A stretch of 64,000 nucleotides of DNA from Alphaproteobacteria bacterium (GCA_963422645.2 CAXXVO010000018.1:104700-168699), one strand, 5' to 3'. Positions 12,943 to 24,138 are shown, counted from the first letter of the stretch. Made by a program: numbers and translations. The notes: generated by a model from the letters alone, not told the origin.

Positions 12943-13602
12943 ATGGCACTGAGGATTGGCGACGAAGCACCCAACTTCACGGCAGACACGACCGAGGGTG
13001 CGATCGACTTTCATGACTGGATCGGCGACGGCTGGGCCATTCTATTTTCCCACCCCAAGGACTTCACGCCGGTCTGCACGACCGAGCTCGGCTACATGGC
13101 CGGGCTCAAATCGGAGTTCGAGAAGCGCAACTGCAAGGTCCTCGGGCTTAGCGTGGACGGCGTGAGCGATCACCACGCCTGGTCGAAGGACATCGAGGAG
13201 ACGCAGGGTCACGCGGTGAACTACCCGCTGATCGGCGATCCGGAGCTCAAGATCGCGACGCTCTACGAGATGCTTCCGGCGGGTTCCGGCAAGACCTCGG
13301 AGGGGCGCACGGCGGTCGACAACCTCACCGTCCGCACCGTCTTCCTCGTCGGGCCTGACAAGAAGGTCAAGCTCTCCCTCACCTACCCGATGAGCACCGG
13401 CCGCAACTTCGACGAGGTGCTGCGCGTGCTCGATTCCTGCCAGCTCACGGCGAAGCACAAGGTGGCGACGCCGGTGAACTGGAAGCAGGGCGAGGACGTA
13501 ATCATCGTGCCAGCGGTCTCCGACGAGGAGGCCAAGAAGACCTACCCCGGTGGCTGGAAGGCCCCAAAACCCTACCTCAGGATCGTGCCGCAGCCCGAGT
13601 AA
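12943..13602 (+). CDS. 1-Cys peroxiredoxin, Prx6-type
   Basis: FSHPKDFTPVCTTE, YPMSTGRNFDE, ATPVNWK. Confidence 0.94.
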   Translation: MALRIGDEAPNFTADTTEGAIDFHDWIGDGWAILFSHPKDFTPVCTTELGYMAGLKSEFEKRNCKVLGLSVDGVSDHHAWSKDIEETQGHAVNYPLIGDPELKIATLYEMLPAGSGKTSEGRTAVDNLTVRTVFLVGPDKKVKLSLTYPMSTGRNFDEVLRVLDSCQLTAKHKVATPVNWKQGEDVIIVPAVSDEEAKKTYPGGWKAPKPYLRIVPQPE

Positions 13603-13624
13603 CGGCTTCTCCTTTTCGACAATT

Positions 13625-13654
13625 CCCTCCGCTCGCGTCCCCGCGGGCGGAGGG
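13625..13654. terminator. GC-rich hairpin between convergent genes
   Basis: CCCTCCGCTCGCG-TCCC-CGCGGGCGGAGGG stem-loop between the prx stop and the amidohydrolase stop. Confidence 0.5.
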
Positions 13655-13655
13655 C

Positions 13656-14489
13656 TCATCCGGCGCCCGCGGGCACCCGGCTCTCGATGGCGAGCGGCGC
13701 CAGCGCCGTCCGCACCTGCTTGAACGCGACGGCGAGAGTCTCGGCCCAGGCCTCAGCGCCTTCCTGCGTGCCGATCAGGTCCTGACGCAGCTCGATCTCG
13801 ATATGGGGCAGGCCGCGCCCCTGGCCATGCACCGGAATCGAATAATCGGACGGGCCTATGATGGCGTAGGGCTCATTGTCGCCGATGGTGAGCCCCGGGC
13901 GCAGCGCGGCCAGCGCCTCCTTCAGCGGCTGCACCAGCCGGTCGTCGTGCTCGTAGAGCAGCCCCACCTCCCACGGACGGGCGAAGCCGTCGAAGACCGG
14001 CGTGAAGCTGTGGACCGCGACCAGGATCGGCACCGCGCCAAACCCGATCGCCCGGTCGAGGCACGCGGCGATGGCGTCGTGATAGGGGCGGAAGAACGCG
14101 TCGGTCCGCGCCGCGGCCTCCTCCGGCGAGATCGACTGGTTGGCCGGCACGACCGTGCCGTCGCTCACCGCGGGCATCGCCGTGGGGCTCCCCGCCGGGC
14201 GGTTGCAATCGACCACCAGGCGCGAATAGCCGGAGAGGTAGGCCGGCGCGTCGAGCAGGGCGCTGAGCGCTCTCGTGACCATCGCCGCACCGATGTCCCA
14301 GCCGATGTGGCGGTCGAGCTCGGCCTGGTCGAGGCCGAGCCGCTCCATGTGGGCCGGGACCGCGTTGCTTGCGTGGTCGCACACCAGCACGAAGTGCGGA
14401 TGGGCGCTGACCGGTCCGATTCGATTGAAGGGCCTGGGGTCGTCGCCGATGAGCCGCGACGGATCGAACCAGGCGGCGGACGCGCTCAC
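13656..14489 (-). CDS. N-formylglutamate amidohydrolase family protein
   Basis: CDHASN, HIGWDIGA, YSRLVVDCNR, HSFTP, DNEPY, EIELRQD. Confidence 0.92.
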   Translation of the reverse strand: MSASAAWFDPSRLIGDDPRPFNRIGPVSAHPHFVLVCDHASNAVPAHMERLGLDQAELDRHIGWDIGAAMVTRALSALLDAPAYLSGYSRLVVDCNRPAGSPTAMPAVSDGTVVPANQSISPEEAAARTDAFFRPYHDAIAACLDRAIGFGAVPILVAVHSFTPVFDGFARPWEVGLLYEHDDRLVQPLKEALAALRPGLTIGDNEPYAIIGPSDYSIPVHGQGRGLPHIEIELRQDLIGTQEGAEAWAETLAVAFKQVRTALAPLAIESRVPAGAG

Positions 14490-15706
14490 CCCTTCTCCAC
14501 CGCAGCCAGCGGCTGAACCGACGTCGCCGCGCTGTCACCAGCGCTGTCGCAGGGGAGCAGACGGAGCGCGCCGTGCTTCACGGAGAGCGCGAGCCGACCG
14601 TGCACTAGATCGAGCGCGGCATCGCCGAAGAGCGACCGCCGCCAGCCCTGCAACGCCGGGATGCCATTGGTCTCGCCGCGCGCGATCCGTTCCAGGTCGT
14701 CGGCACTGGCGATCAGCTTTCGGGCGACGCCCGTCTCCTCGCTCTTGAAGGTGAGAAGCACCTTGAGGAGGTCGGTCAAAGCCGCTGGCGCCGCTGGCCC
14801 TTCGGGCCGGGGCGGCAGCTTCGGACAGTCCTCGTCGGGGAGCGCGAGACCGCGCCCGACCGCGGCCAGCACCGCAGCACCCGTGGCGCTCTCGGCGGTT
14901 CGCTGGCTCACCGAGCGCAGCTTGGCGAGCTCCTTCACCGTGCGCGGGCGCTGCGCTGCGATCTCGGTCAGCGCCGTGTCGCGCATGACCCACGGGCGGG
15001 GCTTGTCGCGCCGGTCGGCCTCGGTCTCGCGCCAGGCCGCGACCTCGCGCAGGATCGCGAAGAAGCGCCGGTCGCCGCCGCGCACCTTGATCCGCCGCCA
15101 CGCCTCCTCAGGCGGCGACTCGTAGGTGGCGGGGCTCGTGAGTGTCGCCAACTCCTCGTCGAGCCACGATCGCCGGCCGGTGCGCTCCAGCTTCGCCGCG
15201 AGCTTCTGGTAGACCACGCGCAGGTGGCTCACGTCTGAGAGGGCGTAGCGCAACTGGCGCTCGGTGAGCGGCCGGCGCGCCCAGTCGGTGAAGCGCTGGG
15301 TCTTGTCGATGCGCCCGTGCGCGAGCTTGGCGACCAGCGTCTCGTAGCCGACCGAATCGCCGAAGCCGCACACCATGGCGGCAATCTGGGTATCGAAGAG
15401 CGGATGCGGCACCCCGCCGGCGAGCGGCAGCAGCACCTCGACATCCTGCCTGGCCGCGTGGAAGACCTTGAGCACCGGCGCCCGCGCCAGCAGATCGTAG
15501 AGCGGCGCGAGATCGATTCCGTTGGCGAGCGGGTCGACGGCGACCGGCTCCCCTTCGGACGGGGCAATCTGCAGCAGGCACAACTTGGCGCGATAGGTGC
15601 TCTCGCGCATGAACTCCGTATCGACCGTGACGAACTCGGCCTCCTGCCACGACGCACAGAGCGCGGCGAGCGGAGCGCTCTCGGTAATCAGCCGGGGCTC
15701 GGTCAC
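14486..15706 (-). CDS. rnd: Ribonuclease D
   Basis: DTEFMRE (ExoI), KVFHAARQD, FDTQIAA, TDWARRPL, YALSDV, HRDC domain. Confidence 0.95.
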   Translation of the reverse strand: MTEPRLITESAPLAALCASWQEAEFVTVDTEFMRESTYRAKLCLLQIAPSEGEPVAVDPLANGIDLAPLYDLLARAPVLKVFHAARQDVEVLLPLAGGVPHPLFDTQIAAMVCGFGDSVGYETLVAKLAHGRIDKTQRFTDWARRPLTERQLRYALSDVSHLRVVYQKLAAKLERTGRRSWLDEELATLTSPATYESPPEEAWRRIKVRGGDRRFFAILREVAAWRETEADRRDKPRPWVMRDTALTEIAAQRPRTVKELAKLRSVSQRTAESATGAAVLAAVGRGLALPDEDCPKLPPRPEGPAAPAALTDLLKVLLTFKSEETGVARKLIASADDLERIARGETNGIPALQGWRRSLFGDAALDLVHGRLALSVKHGALRLLPCDSAGDSAATSVQPLAAVEKG

Positions 15707-15778
15707 GGGCCCTCGCCGCTCGCGAAGGCCGGGGCGCGCAGGGCAAACGCCAGGTCGTTGGGACTCACGGGCGCGGCG

Positions 15779-16951
15779 TCAGGCGGCGGCCATTGCGGCC
15801 AGGTCGGCGCGGTCGTTGCGGCCCGCAGGCACGGCGCTCCGCCCGGTGCCGGTGATCCAGCCGCCGCCGAGCACGCGGTCGCCGTCATAGAGCACGCAGG
15901 CCTGCCCCGGCGCGGTCGCGGGCTCCGGCTCGTCCAGCGTGACCTCGGCGGTGCCATCGGCCTTCGCCACCAGCCGCGCCGGCGCGCCGGGATGGCTGGA
16001 GCGGAGCCGCGCCACCACCGCCCAATCATCGCCGGACGCGGGCGCATCGCCGCCGATCCAGGCAAGCGGGCCGGTGAAGACGCGGTCACGCAACAATGCC
16101 GCCTGCGGGCCGACCACGACCTCGCGGCGCGCGGCATCGACCGCGAGCACGTAGAGCGGCTCGGGTCCTGCGATACCGAGCCCGCGGCGCTGGCCCACGG
16201 TGTAGTGAATGATGCCCTTGTGGCGGCCGAGCACGCGGCCGTCCTGATCCACGATATTGCCTGGTTCCGCAGCGCCGGGGCGGAGCCGCTCGATGACGCC
16301 GGCATAGCGGCCCGAGGGCACGAAGCAAATGTCCTGGCTGTCCGGCTTGTCCGCGACGGCGAGGCCGAAGCGCTCCGCGTGCGCGCGCACACGCTCCTTC
16401 GGGAGGTCGCCCAGGGGGAAGCGCAGGAACTCAAGCTGCTCCTGCGCGGTGGCGAAGAGGAAGTAGCTCTGATCCCTGGCACCATCGACCGCCCGGTGGA
16501 GCTCGGGTCCCTCCGGTCCCGCCACACGCCGCACATAGTGGCCGGTGGCGAGCGCATCCGCGCCGAGGTCGCGGGCGAGCGCCAGCAGGTCGCGGAACTT
16601 CACCCGCTCGTTGCAGCGCACGCAGGGGATCGGCGTCTCGCCGCGCAGGTAGGAGTCGGCGAAGTCGTCGATCACCGCTTCCTTGAAGCGCGCCTCGAAG
16701 TCGAGCACGTAGTGGCGGATACCGAGCCGGTCCGCGACGCGGCGGGCATCGTAGATGTCCTCCCCGGCGCAGCAGGCGCCGGAGCGCGCCCGCGGCCCGC
16801 CCGCCGCATAGAGCTGGAGCGTGATGCCGACCACCTCGTAGCCCGCTTCCGCCAAGAGCGCTGCGGTGACCGACGAATCGACGCCACCGGACATGGCGAC
16901 CACCACGCGCGCGCCACGGCTGAGGCCGAGATCGAGGGTGTCTGCGGGCAT
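15779..16951 (-). CDS. mnmA: tRNA 2-thiouridylase
   Basis: [50 protein letters not shown]. Confidence 0.96.
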   Translation of the reverse strand: MPADTLDLGLSRGARVVVAMSGGVDSSVTAALLAEAGYEVVGITLQLYAAGGPRARSGACCAGEDIYDARRVADRLGIRHYVLDFEARFKEAVIDDFADSYLRGETPIPCVRCNERVKFRDLLALARDLGADALATGHYVRRVAGPEGPELHRAVDGARDQSYFLFATAQEQLEFLRFPLGDLPKERVRAHAERFGLAVADKPDSQDICFVPSGRYAGVIERLRPGAAEPGNIVDQDGRVLGRHKGIIHYTVGQRRGLGIAGPEPLYVLAVDAARREVVVGPQAALLRDRVFTGPLAWIGGDAPASGDDWAVVARLRSSHPGAPARLVAKADGTAEVTLDEPEPATAPGQACVLYDGDRVLGGGWITGTGRSAVPAGRNDRADLAAMAAA

Positions 16952-17362
16952 GGCGCGCACTATAGGCGCGCGCGGGAGCGGCGCAACCACGTGTCCCGCG
17001 GCTCGCGCGGGACGGATGGTAACAAAATTTTGGCGGGATTCGCCGGGATTCGGCGGGACGACTGGGTCAAGAGGGAAGCCTAGGGCCGGACAAGGGCGGC
17101 GAGGCCGCACGCTCATCGCCGGCCCCTTCCCTCGATCGCCGCGAGCATGGCAGCAGCCGCTTCCGCCGCGTCGCTCGCCTCGCGAATCGTGGTGAGCCGC
17201 AGGGCCGAGGAGCGCCCCCTCGCGCCGACCGCCGCGCCCTGTGTGCCCCCCATCGTCGCGACGCTATCCTGACACCGGTGCCGCGCGCCGTGCCCCGCAC
17301 CATGGTTCGGGGTCGCGCGGGCCTGAAGGGTCCCGCGCGCGGGAAACTGACTCGCGCGTCCG

Positions 17363-18046
17363 TCAGGCTCCGGCGGCGTCGAGGCCCGCCTGCCAGAACG
17401 CGGCCTCCAGCCGGGTCGCGGTGCGGAAGGTGGCGGCAAGCCCCGCGAAGCGCGCGCAGCCGCCGCGGCGCGCGCCGAGCGCGTTCAGCGCCTCGACCTC
17501 TGTCCGCATGAACGCCTGATACTCGTCGCCGGCGTACATCTCGATCCAGGAGGCGTAGGGGTTGCCCTCGGTGCGGGTGGCGGGGTCGACCGCGAGCCGG
17601 GCGCCGATCTCACCGTAGCCGATGACGCAGGGCGCGAGCGCCACCCGCAAATCGAGCAGATCGCCCGCGAGCCCGCGTTCCAGCACATAAGCTGTGTAGG
17701 CGAGCGTCGCGCCATCGGCCTCGACCGCTTCGAGCGCGTCCTCCGCGATCCCCCAGTCCGCGCAGTAGGCTCGGTGCAGGTCCATCTCGACCTCGACCAG
17801 GGCCTTGAGGCCGGCAGACGCCTCGCGGATCTCGGCCAGCGTATCCGCCTTGTAGGCGGCGAGCCCGTAGGCGCGGGCGAACTGGATCAGGAAGAGGTAG
17901 TCCTGGATCAGGTAGTGGCGGAACGCGGCCTCCGGCAGGGTGCCGTCACCGAGACCCTGCACGAAGGGATGCTCGACGTACTCCCGCCAGTCGTCCCCGG
18001 CGGCATCGCGCAGCGCCGTGAAAAAACCCGTCTCAGCCTGCGTCAT
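17363..18046 (-). CDS. tenA: TenA / thiaminase II family protein
   Basis: HPFV, YLIQDYLFL, APCVIGY, NPYASWIEMY, LEAAFW. Confidence 0.9.
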   Translation of the reverse strand: MTQAETGFFTALRDAAGDDWREYVEHPFVQGLGDGTLPEAAFRHYLIQDYLFLIQFARAYGLAAYKADTLAEIREASAGLKALVEVEMDLHRAYCADWGIAEDALEAVEADGATLAYTAYVLERGLAGDLLDLRVALAPCVIGYGEIGARLAVDPATRTEGNPYASWIEMYAGDEYQAFMRTEVEALNALGARRGGCARFAGLAATFRTATRLEAAFWQAGLDAAGA

Positions 18047-18101
18047 CGCCGCGCTTTTCGTCTGGCCTGCGTGGGATGAGGCGCCGGGCACCCCTGCCCC
18101 A

Positions 18102-18428
18102 TCACATCAGGCTGCTGGTTTCGGCCGGGAGCGTCACCACCAGCCCGTCGAGCGCCTCCGTGATGACGATCTGGCAGCCCAGGCGCGAGCTGCACGTGAG
18201 GCCGAGCGCGAGGTCGAGCATGTCCTCTTCGTCCTCGCACTTCTCCTCGAGCTTGCCGTACCAGGCGGGGTCAACGATGACGTGGCAGGTCGAGCAGGCC
18301 ATCGCGCCCTCGCACGCGCCCTCGATGTCGATCCCGTGGCGGAACGCGATATCCAGCACGGAGTCGCCGATGGGCGCCTCGACCTCGTGGCGGGCGCCAT
18401 CGGGGTCGATGAAAGTCATGGTGGGCAC
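18102..18428 (-). CDS. fdx: ISC-type 2Fe-2S ferredoxin
   Basis: GACEGAMACSTCH, EEDMLD, SRLGCQ (adrenodoxin family). Confidence 0.94.
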   Translation of the reverse strand: MPTMTFIDPDGARHEVEAPIGDSVLDIAFRHGIDIEGACEGAMACSTCHVIVDPAWYGKLEEKCEDEEDMLDLALGLTCSSRLGCQIVITEALDGLVVTLPAETSSLM

Positions 18429-18442
18429 GGGCGCTTTGCTGC

Positions 18443-19597
18443 CTATCCGGCGGCGGCCGAGACGCCGGCCTTCCAGCGGTTGGTGAGGCCCGCATAGAGC
18501 GCCCGCCAGGTGCCCAGGAAGCGCTCGATCTCGTCCTCGGTCGTCGCCCAGCCCAGGCTGACCCGGATGGCGCAGCCACCGATGGCATCGGGCACACCAA
18601 GCGCGCGCAGCACGTGGCTCGGCTCGACCTTGCCGGAGGAGCAGGCGGAGCCCGCGCTCACCGCGACGCCCGCCAGATCGAGGCCCATGACTTGGGTTTC
18701 GCTCTGCACGCCCGGCATGGTGAGGCAGCTGGTGTTGGGCAGGCGATTGGCCCCTTCGCTGAAGATGACGACATCGGGCTCGGTCTCGCGCAGCCGCGCC
18801 TCCAGCCGGTCGCGCAGGGCCGCGATCTCACCCGCCCGCGCGAGGTCGTCCCGGGCGAGGGCGGCTGCCGCGCCGAAACCGACGATGCCGGCGGCATTCT
18901 CGGTGCCGCCGCGCAAGCCACGCTCCTGCCCGCCGCCGGTGATGAGGGGCGCGATATCCAGCCCTCGGCGCACGACGAGCGCGCCGATGCCCTTCGGCCC
19001 GGCGAACTTGTGCGCCGCGATGCTCATCATGTCGACACCGAGCCCGGCGAAGGAGACCGGAATCCGGCCCGGCGCCTGCACCGCATCGCAATGGACCAGC
19101 GCGCCCGCAGCCTTCGCCCGCGCTGCGATCTCGGCGACCGGCTGGATCACGCCGGTTTCGTTGTTGGCGAGCATCACCGAGACCAGCGCCTCCGGCCCGT
19201 GGCCCCCAAGCGCCTCGTCGAGCGCGCCCAAGTCGAGCACGCCGTCGCCATCCACCGGCAGGACGACCAGGTCGTCCGCCACGGCTTCGGCCGTGCGCAG
19301 GATCGCCGGATGTTCGATGGCGCTGACGATGAGCGCCCGCCGGCCGGCGCCGCGCAGCGCCGTGTTGTTGGCCTCAGTGCCGCCTGCGGTAAAGACCAGC
19401 GCCGCCGGGCTACAGTCGACCAGGGCCGCGATCTGCTCGCGCGCGTCCTCGATGCGCTTGCGCACGTCGCGGCCAAAGCCGTGGACCGACGACGGATTGC
19501 CGGCCAGCATCATCGCCTCGGCCACCGCCTCCACCACATGGGGCTTGATCGGCGCCGTGGCGTTGTAGTCGAGATAGATCGGGCCCGAATCGCTCAT
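18443..19597 (-). CDS. iscS: Cysteine desulfurase (IscS/NifS type)
   Basis: YLDYNAT, GNPSS, ANNETG, HCDAVQ, AHKFAGPKG, SAGSACSSG. Confidence 0.92.
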   Translation of the reverse strand: MSDSGPIYLDYNATAPIKPHVVEAVAEAMMLAGNPSSVHGFGRDVRKRIEDAREQIAALVDCSPAALVFTAGGTEANNTALRGAGRRALIVSAIEHPAILRTAEAVADDLVVLPVDGDGVLDLGALDEALGGHGPEALVSVMLANNETGVIQPVAEIAARAKAAGALVHCDAVQAPGRIPVSFAGLGVDMMSIAAHKFAGPKGIGALVVRRGLDIAPLITGGGQERGLRGGTENAAGIVGFGAAAALARDDLARAGEIAALRDRLEARLRETEPDVVIFSEGANRLPNTSCLTMPGVQSETQVMGLDLAGVAVSAGSACSSGKVEPSHVLRALGVPDAIGGCAIRVSLGWATTEDEIERFLGTWRALYAGLTNRWKAGVSAAAG

Positions 19598-20079
19598 TCC
19601 GCCGCCTGCTCCATCAGGCCGCGTCCGCCGCCCGAGAGCCGGTCGCTCATGCCGAGCACCCGGCGCGCGCAGACGTCTTCTAGCGAGACCGCGCTGAGAA
19701 AGCCGTGGATGTGAATGCCGAGCTCCTCCCACAGATCGTGGGTGACGCAGCGCTTCGCGTCCTTCATGCAGCCCTTGCCAGTGCCCGGCGGACAACGCGT
19801 GGCACGCAGGTTCTCGTCCACCGCGACCACGATGTCGGCGATCATGAGCTCCGCCGCAGGCCGCGCCAGCCGGTAGCCGCCGCCGGGTCCGCGCGCGCTC
19901 CGCACCAGGCCGGCGCGGCGCAGGCGGCCGAAGAGCTGCTCAAGATAAGAGTGTGAAATCTCCTGCCCTGCCGCGATCTCGGCGAGGGTCACGGGCTGCG
20001 CGTCGCCTGCGCCGCCCGTGCGCATGGCGAGCTCCGTCATCGCCATCACCGCGTAACGGCCCCTGGTGCCGAGCTTCAC
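19594..20079 (-). CDS. iscR: Rrf2-family Fe-S cluster regulator
   Basis: GRYAVMAM, SYLEQLF, RGPGGGY, three Cys plus THDLW ligand pattern. Confidence 0.92.
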   Translation of the reverse strand: MKLGTRGRYAVMAMTELAMRTGGAGDAQPVTLAEIAAGQEISHSYLEQLFGRLRRAGLVRSARGPGGGYRLARPAAELMIADIVVAVDENLRATRCPPGTGKGCMKDAKRCVTHDLWEELGIHIHGFLSAVSLEDVCARRVLGMSDRLSGGGRGLMEQAAE

Positions 20080-20088
20080 GGGCCGCTC

Positions 20089-20832
20089 CTAGCCGCCCGC
20101 AGCACGGCGGCCGAGCGGTGGCGCAGCCTCCTCCGCTTCGCCCTCGGACGACGGTGCGTCCTTGGGCTCCGCGGCTGCGGCCTGCTCCAGCTCCTCCACG
20201 CGGTCTCTGAGCACGCGGACCTCGGCCAGCAGCTTCTCGACGGCGCGTGTCGTCGGGTCGGCGATATCGGGCGAGGGTGTGCCGTAGGCGTCGAATGACG
20301 ACGCCTCCCTCTTCGCCTCGGTGGGGCCCGCGGCCCGCGCCGGAATGCCCACCATCGTGGCGCCGGGCGGCACGTCCTTGAGCACCACGGCGTTGGCGCC
20401 GATGCGCGCATCGCGCCCGACCGTGATCGGGCCCAGCACCTGGGCGCCCGCGCCGACCACCACGCCATCGCCCACCGTGGGATGCCGCTTGCCCGGCGAC
20501 CAGGTGACGCCGCCGAGGGTGACCTGATGATAGAGCGTCACATCGTCGCCGATCACCGAGGTCTCGCCGATGACCACGCCCATGCCGTGGTCGATGAAGA
20601 GGCGGCGGCCGATCTGGGCGCCGGGATGAATTTCGATGCCCGTGACCATGCGGCCCACGTGGGACACGAAGCGGCCGAGCAGGCGGAAGCCGCTCTGCCA
20701 GAGGCAGTGCGACAGGTGATAGAAGAGCAGCGCGTGGAACCCCGGATAGCAGAAAAACACCTCGATTCTGGAGCGGACCGCAGGGTCGCGACCGAACACG
20801 CAGCCGATGTCTTCCCAAATTCGCTTGAACAT
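20089..20832 (-). CDS. cysE: Serine O-acetyltransferase
   Basis: [36 protein letters not shown]. Confidence 0.95.
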   Translation of the reverse strand: MFKRIWEDIGCVFGRDPAVRSRIEVFFCYPGFHALLFYHLSHCLWQSGFRLLGRFVSHVGRMVTGIEIHPGAQIGRRLFIDHGMGVVIGETSVIGDDVTLYHQVTLGGVTWSPGKRHPTVGDGVVVGAGAQVLGPITVGRDARIGANAVVLKDVPPGATMVGIPARAAGPTEAKREASSFDAYGTPSPDIADPTTRAVEKLLAEVRVLRDRVEELEQAAAAEPKDAPSSEGEAEEAAPPLGRRAAGG

Positions 20833-21035
20833 GGCGCTGTCGTCCGTATATCAATGGCCGGCGCGGAGTGCCGCCGCCGGCCGAATACCCGTGTGATGGA
20901 CGGGATATAGAGTTCCCGACTACAGCGGTCAAGTATATGCGCCGCGTTGCGTGGGGAGAGAAAGGCCGCCATGCGTCGCCGGCACCGGTCGCGCCCTGTT
21001 CCTGCTCAGCAGCATTCGGAGCCGATGAGTCGCCC

Positions 21036-21674
21036 ATGCCGGAAGTGATGATCAACGGGCCCGAGGGCCGTCTCCAGGCGCGCTACCAGCAGTCCGAGGA
21101 CCCGCGCGCGCCCATCGCGCTGTTGCTGCACCCGCACCCGCAGCACGGCGGCACGATGAACAACAAGATCGTCCACGCGCTCTACCACACCTTCCTCCGG
21201 CAGTCGTTCTCGGTCATCCGCTTCAACTTTCGCGGCGTCGGCCGCTCCCAGGGGCAGTACGATCACGGGCAGGGCGAGCTGAGCGACGCCGCTTCGGTGC
21301 TCGACTGGCTGCAGATACAGAATGCTGGTGCCGACCGCTGCTGGATCGCCGGCTTCTCCTTCGGCGCCTGGATCGCCATGCAGCTGCTGATGCGCCGGCC
21401 GGAGATCGAAGGCTTCGTCGCCGTCTCACCGCCGGCCAACAAGTTCGACTTCACCTTCCTCGCGCCCTGCCCGTCGTCGGGCCTGATCGTCCACGGCGGC
21501 GCCGACGATCTGGTGCCCGAGCCCGAGGTGGCGGAGCTCGCGAAGAAGCTGCAGAGCCAGCGCCAGATCGAGATCGACTACGACGTGATCGAGCGCGCCG
21601 GCCACTTCTACGAGCGCGAGCTCGGCACCCTGTCGAAGATCGTCGAAAGCTACGTCGCCCGCCGCCTCGACTGA
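21036..21674 (+). CDS. Alpha/beta hydrolase (conserved neighbour of cysE/iscR)
   Basis: NGPEGRL, HPHPQHGGTMNN, FNFRGVG, GFSFG nucleophile elbow. Confidence 0.9.
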   Translation: MPEVMINGPEGRLQARYQQSEDPRAPIALLLHPHPQHGGTMNNKIVHALYHTFLRQSFSVIRFNFRGVGRSQGQYDHGQGELSDAASVLDWLQIQNAGADRCWIAGFSFGAWIAMQLLMRRPEIEGFVAVSPPANKFDFTFLAPCPSSGLIVHGGADDLVPEPEVAELAKKLQSQRQIEIDYDVIERAGHFYERELGTLSKIVESYVARRLD

Positions 21675-22768
21675 CGCGGGTGAAAGGCTCCGCCGCTCAC
21701 CGGGTGGGGGACGCCCGTTGTGCGCGGCAGGCTGAGCGCGAGCCCCCGCCGGCTGCGCACGGCGAGGTAGCCGAAGGCCTGCGCCTCCAGCGCATCGCCC
21801 AGCCAGCCGACGCGCTCCACCGCATCGCAGGGCACACCGAGGCGCTCGCCAAGCGCCGCCATGAGCGCCGGGTTGTGACGCCCGCCGCCGGTCACCAGCC
21901 AGCGCAGAGGCACCGCAGGCATGTGCGCGAGCGCGCGGCGCACGGCCTCCGCCGTGAAGGCCACCAGGGTCGCGGCGCCATCGCCCGCCGATAGTCCGCT
22001 GATGGGCGCTGGGTCGAAGGCGTTGCGATCCAGCGACTTGGGCGCTTCTGCGTCGAAATAGGGGTGCGCCAGCAGGGCCTTGAGCGCGACGGGGTCGACC
22101 GTGCCGGAGCGCGCGAGCTTGCCGTCGCGGTCGAGCGCGGCCCCGCTCCTGCTCAGCACCCAGTCGTCGATCAGCGCACAGCCCGGGCCCGTGTCGAAGG
22201 CCAGCAGGTCCTCATCGGCCGGCCCCCCGATCCAGGTGACGTTGGCGACACCGCCGAGATTGAGCACGGCGAGCGGCGCGGCGAGCCCGCTGCGGCGGGC
22301 CAGCGCCGCATCAAAGAGCGGCACCAGCGGCGCCCCCTGCCCGCCCGCAGCCACATCGTTGCTGCGAAAATCGTTCACCACGTCGATCCCGAGCCGGCGA
22401 ACCAGCGCCGCGCCGTCCCCGATCTGGAGGGTTAGCCCGGCTTCGGGCTCGTGACGGATCGTGTGGCCGTGGAAGCCCGCGACGGCGATCTTCTCCCTTC
22501 GCACGCCGGTCTCTGCCAACAGCGCCTCCGCAACGTCCGCGTGGAACTCGGTCAGCGCGCGCTCCGCCTCCTCGCGCCCGCCCCGCCCCTCGATCACCGC
22601 CCGGAGCCGCTTGCGCAGATCGTCTGAATAAAGGGCGGTGCGCCACGGGCCGAAGCCCGAGACGGTGACGCCATCGGTCTCGATCAGCGCCGCGTCGACT
22701 CCGTCGAGCGACGTGCCGCTCATCAGGCCGAGGGCCCAGACTGGCCCCTCCGGCAGCGCGCCGCTCAT
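21650..22768 (-). CDS. anmK: Anhydro-N-acetylmuramic acid kinase
   Basis: GLMSGTSLDGVD, DFRSNDVAAGGQGAPLVP, NLGGVAN, FDTGPG, GGGRHN. Confidence 0.95.
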   Translation of the reverse strand: MSGALPEGPVWALGLMSGTSLDGVDAALIETDGVTVSGFGPWRTALYSDDLRKRLRAVIEGRGGREEAERALTEFHADVAEALLAETGVRREKIAVAGFHGHTIRHEPEAGLTLQIGDGAALVRRLGIDVVNDFRSNDVAAGGQGAPLVPLFDAALARRSGLAAPLAVLNLGGVANVTWIGGPADEDLLAFDTGPGCALIDDWVLSRSGAALDRDGKLARSGTVDPVALKALLAHPYFDAEAPKSLDRNAFDPAPISGLSAGDGAATLVAFTAEAVRRALAHMPAVPLRWLVTGGGRHNPALMAALGERLGVPCDAVERVGWLGDALEAQAFGYLAVRSRRGLALSLPRTTGVPHPVSGGAFHPRQSRRRAT

Positions 22769-22884
22769 CGGCGCCACATGGAGGGACGGGCGTCGCGTTG
22801 TCCGCGCGCAGGCCCTGTGATACATGACCGCGCGCCCCGGCGCCCTGCGCGGGCCGCCGGGCGGAAGGGCAGCCAGCAGGTCGA

Positions 22885-24138
22885 GTGACGGTGTTCTCCT
22901 CCGATTTCATGCGCGTGCTGTCTGAGCGCGGCTACATCCACCAGTGCACCGACGACACGGCGCTCGATGCACTCGCCGCGCAGGAGCGCGTGAGCGCCTA
23001 CATCGGCTTCGACTGCACCGCCGACAGCCTGCATGTCGGCAGCCTCGTGCAGATCATGATGCTGCGCTGGCTGCAGAAGACAGGTCACCAGCCCATCGTG
23101 CTCCTCGGCGGCGGCACGACGAAGATCGGCGACCCGAGCGGGCGCGACGAATCGCGGACATTGCTCACCGAAGACGCCATCGCCGCCAACAAGAAGGGCA
23201 TCCGGCGCTCGTTCGATCGCTTCCTCTCCTTCGGCGACGGGGCCACCGACGCGCTGCTCGTCGACAATGCCGACTGGCTCGACGCGCTCGGCTACATCCC
23301 GCTGCTCAGGGACATCGGCGCCCACTTCTCGATCAACCGGATGCTCACCTTCGACAGCGTGCGGCTCCGCCTCGACCGTGAGCAGCCGCTGAGCTTCCTG
23401 GAATTCAACTACATGATCCTCCAGGCCTACGACTTCCTGGAGCTTTCGCGCCGCGCCGACTGCCGCCTTCAGATGGGCGGCTCGGACCAGTGGGGCAATA
23501 TCGTGAACGGCGTGGAGCTCGCGCGGCGCATCGACGCGCGCCAAGTTTTCGGGCTGACCACGCCGCTCATCACCCTCGCCTCCGGCGCGAAGATGGGCAA
23601 GACCGCCCAGGGCGCGGTCTGGCTCAACGCCGACCGGCTCTCCGCCTATGACTACTGGCAATACTGGCGCAACACCGACGATGCCGATGTCGGCCGCTTC
23701 ATGCGGCTCTTCACCGAGCTTCCGCTGGACGAGATCGCACGTCACGAGGCGCTCGACGGCGCCGAGTTGAACGAGTCGAAGAAACTGCTGGCGAACCAGG
23801 CGACGGCCCTCTGCCACGGCGCGCAAGCCGCGGCCAACGCCGCCGAGACGGCGCGGCGAACCTTCGAGGAAGGCGCCGCCGGTGCGGACCTTCCGGTCAT
23901 CGACGCCGCGCGGAGCGAGCTCGAGGCCGGAATTCCCGCGATCGTGCTCTTTCAGAAGGCGGGGCTCTGCGAGTCGGGCGGCGCGGCGCGGCGGCTTATC
24001 CGCGGCGGCGGCGGCCGCATAAACGGCAGGGTGATCGAGTCGGAAACGCGCGTCGTCGGTCCCGACGACATCGGCGCCGACGGCCGGATCAAGCTCTCCG
24101 CAGGCAAGAAACGCCACGCCCTGATCCGCCCGGCCTAG
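22885..24138 (+). CDS. tyrS: Tyrosine--tRNA ligase
   Basis: [36 protein letters not shown]-terminal S4 domain. Confidence 0.97.
   Translation: MTVFSSDFMRVLSERGYIHQCTDDTALDALAAQERVSAYIGFDCTADSLHVGSLVQIMMLRWLQKTGHQPIVLLGGGTTKIGDPSGRDESRTLLTEDAIAANKKGIRRSFDRFLSFGDGATDALLVDNADWLDALGYIPLLRDIGAHFSINRMLTFDSVRLRLDREQPLSFLEFNYMILQAYDFLELSRRADCRLQMGGSDQWGNIVNGVELARRIDARQVFGLTTPLITLASGAKMGKTAQGAVWLNADRLSAYDYWQYWRNTDDADVGRFMRLFTELPLDEIARHEALDGAELNESKKLLANQATALCHGAQAAANAAETARRTFEEGAAGADLPVIDAARSELEAGIPAIVLFQKAGLCESGGAARRLIRGGGGRINGRVIESETRVVGPDDIGADGRIKLSAGKKRHALIRPA

Noticed and set aside
17113-17260. Possible thiE-like C-terminal remnant between tenA and mnmA
   Set aside because: Resemblance is limited to an Ala-rich helix; not supportable without a search
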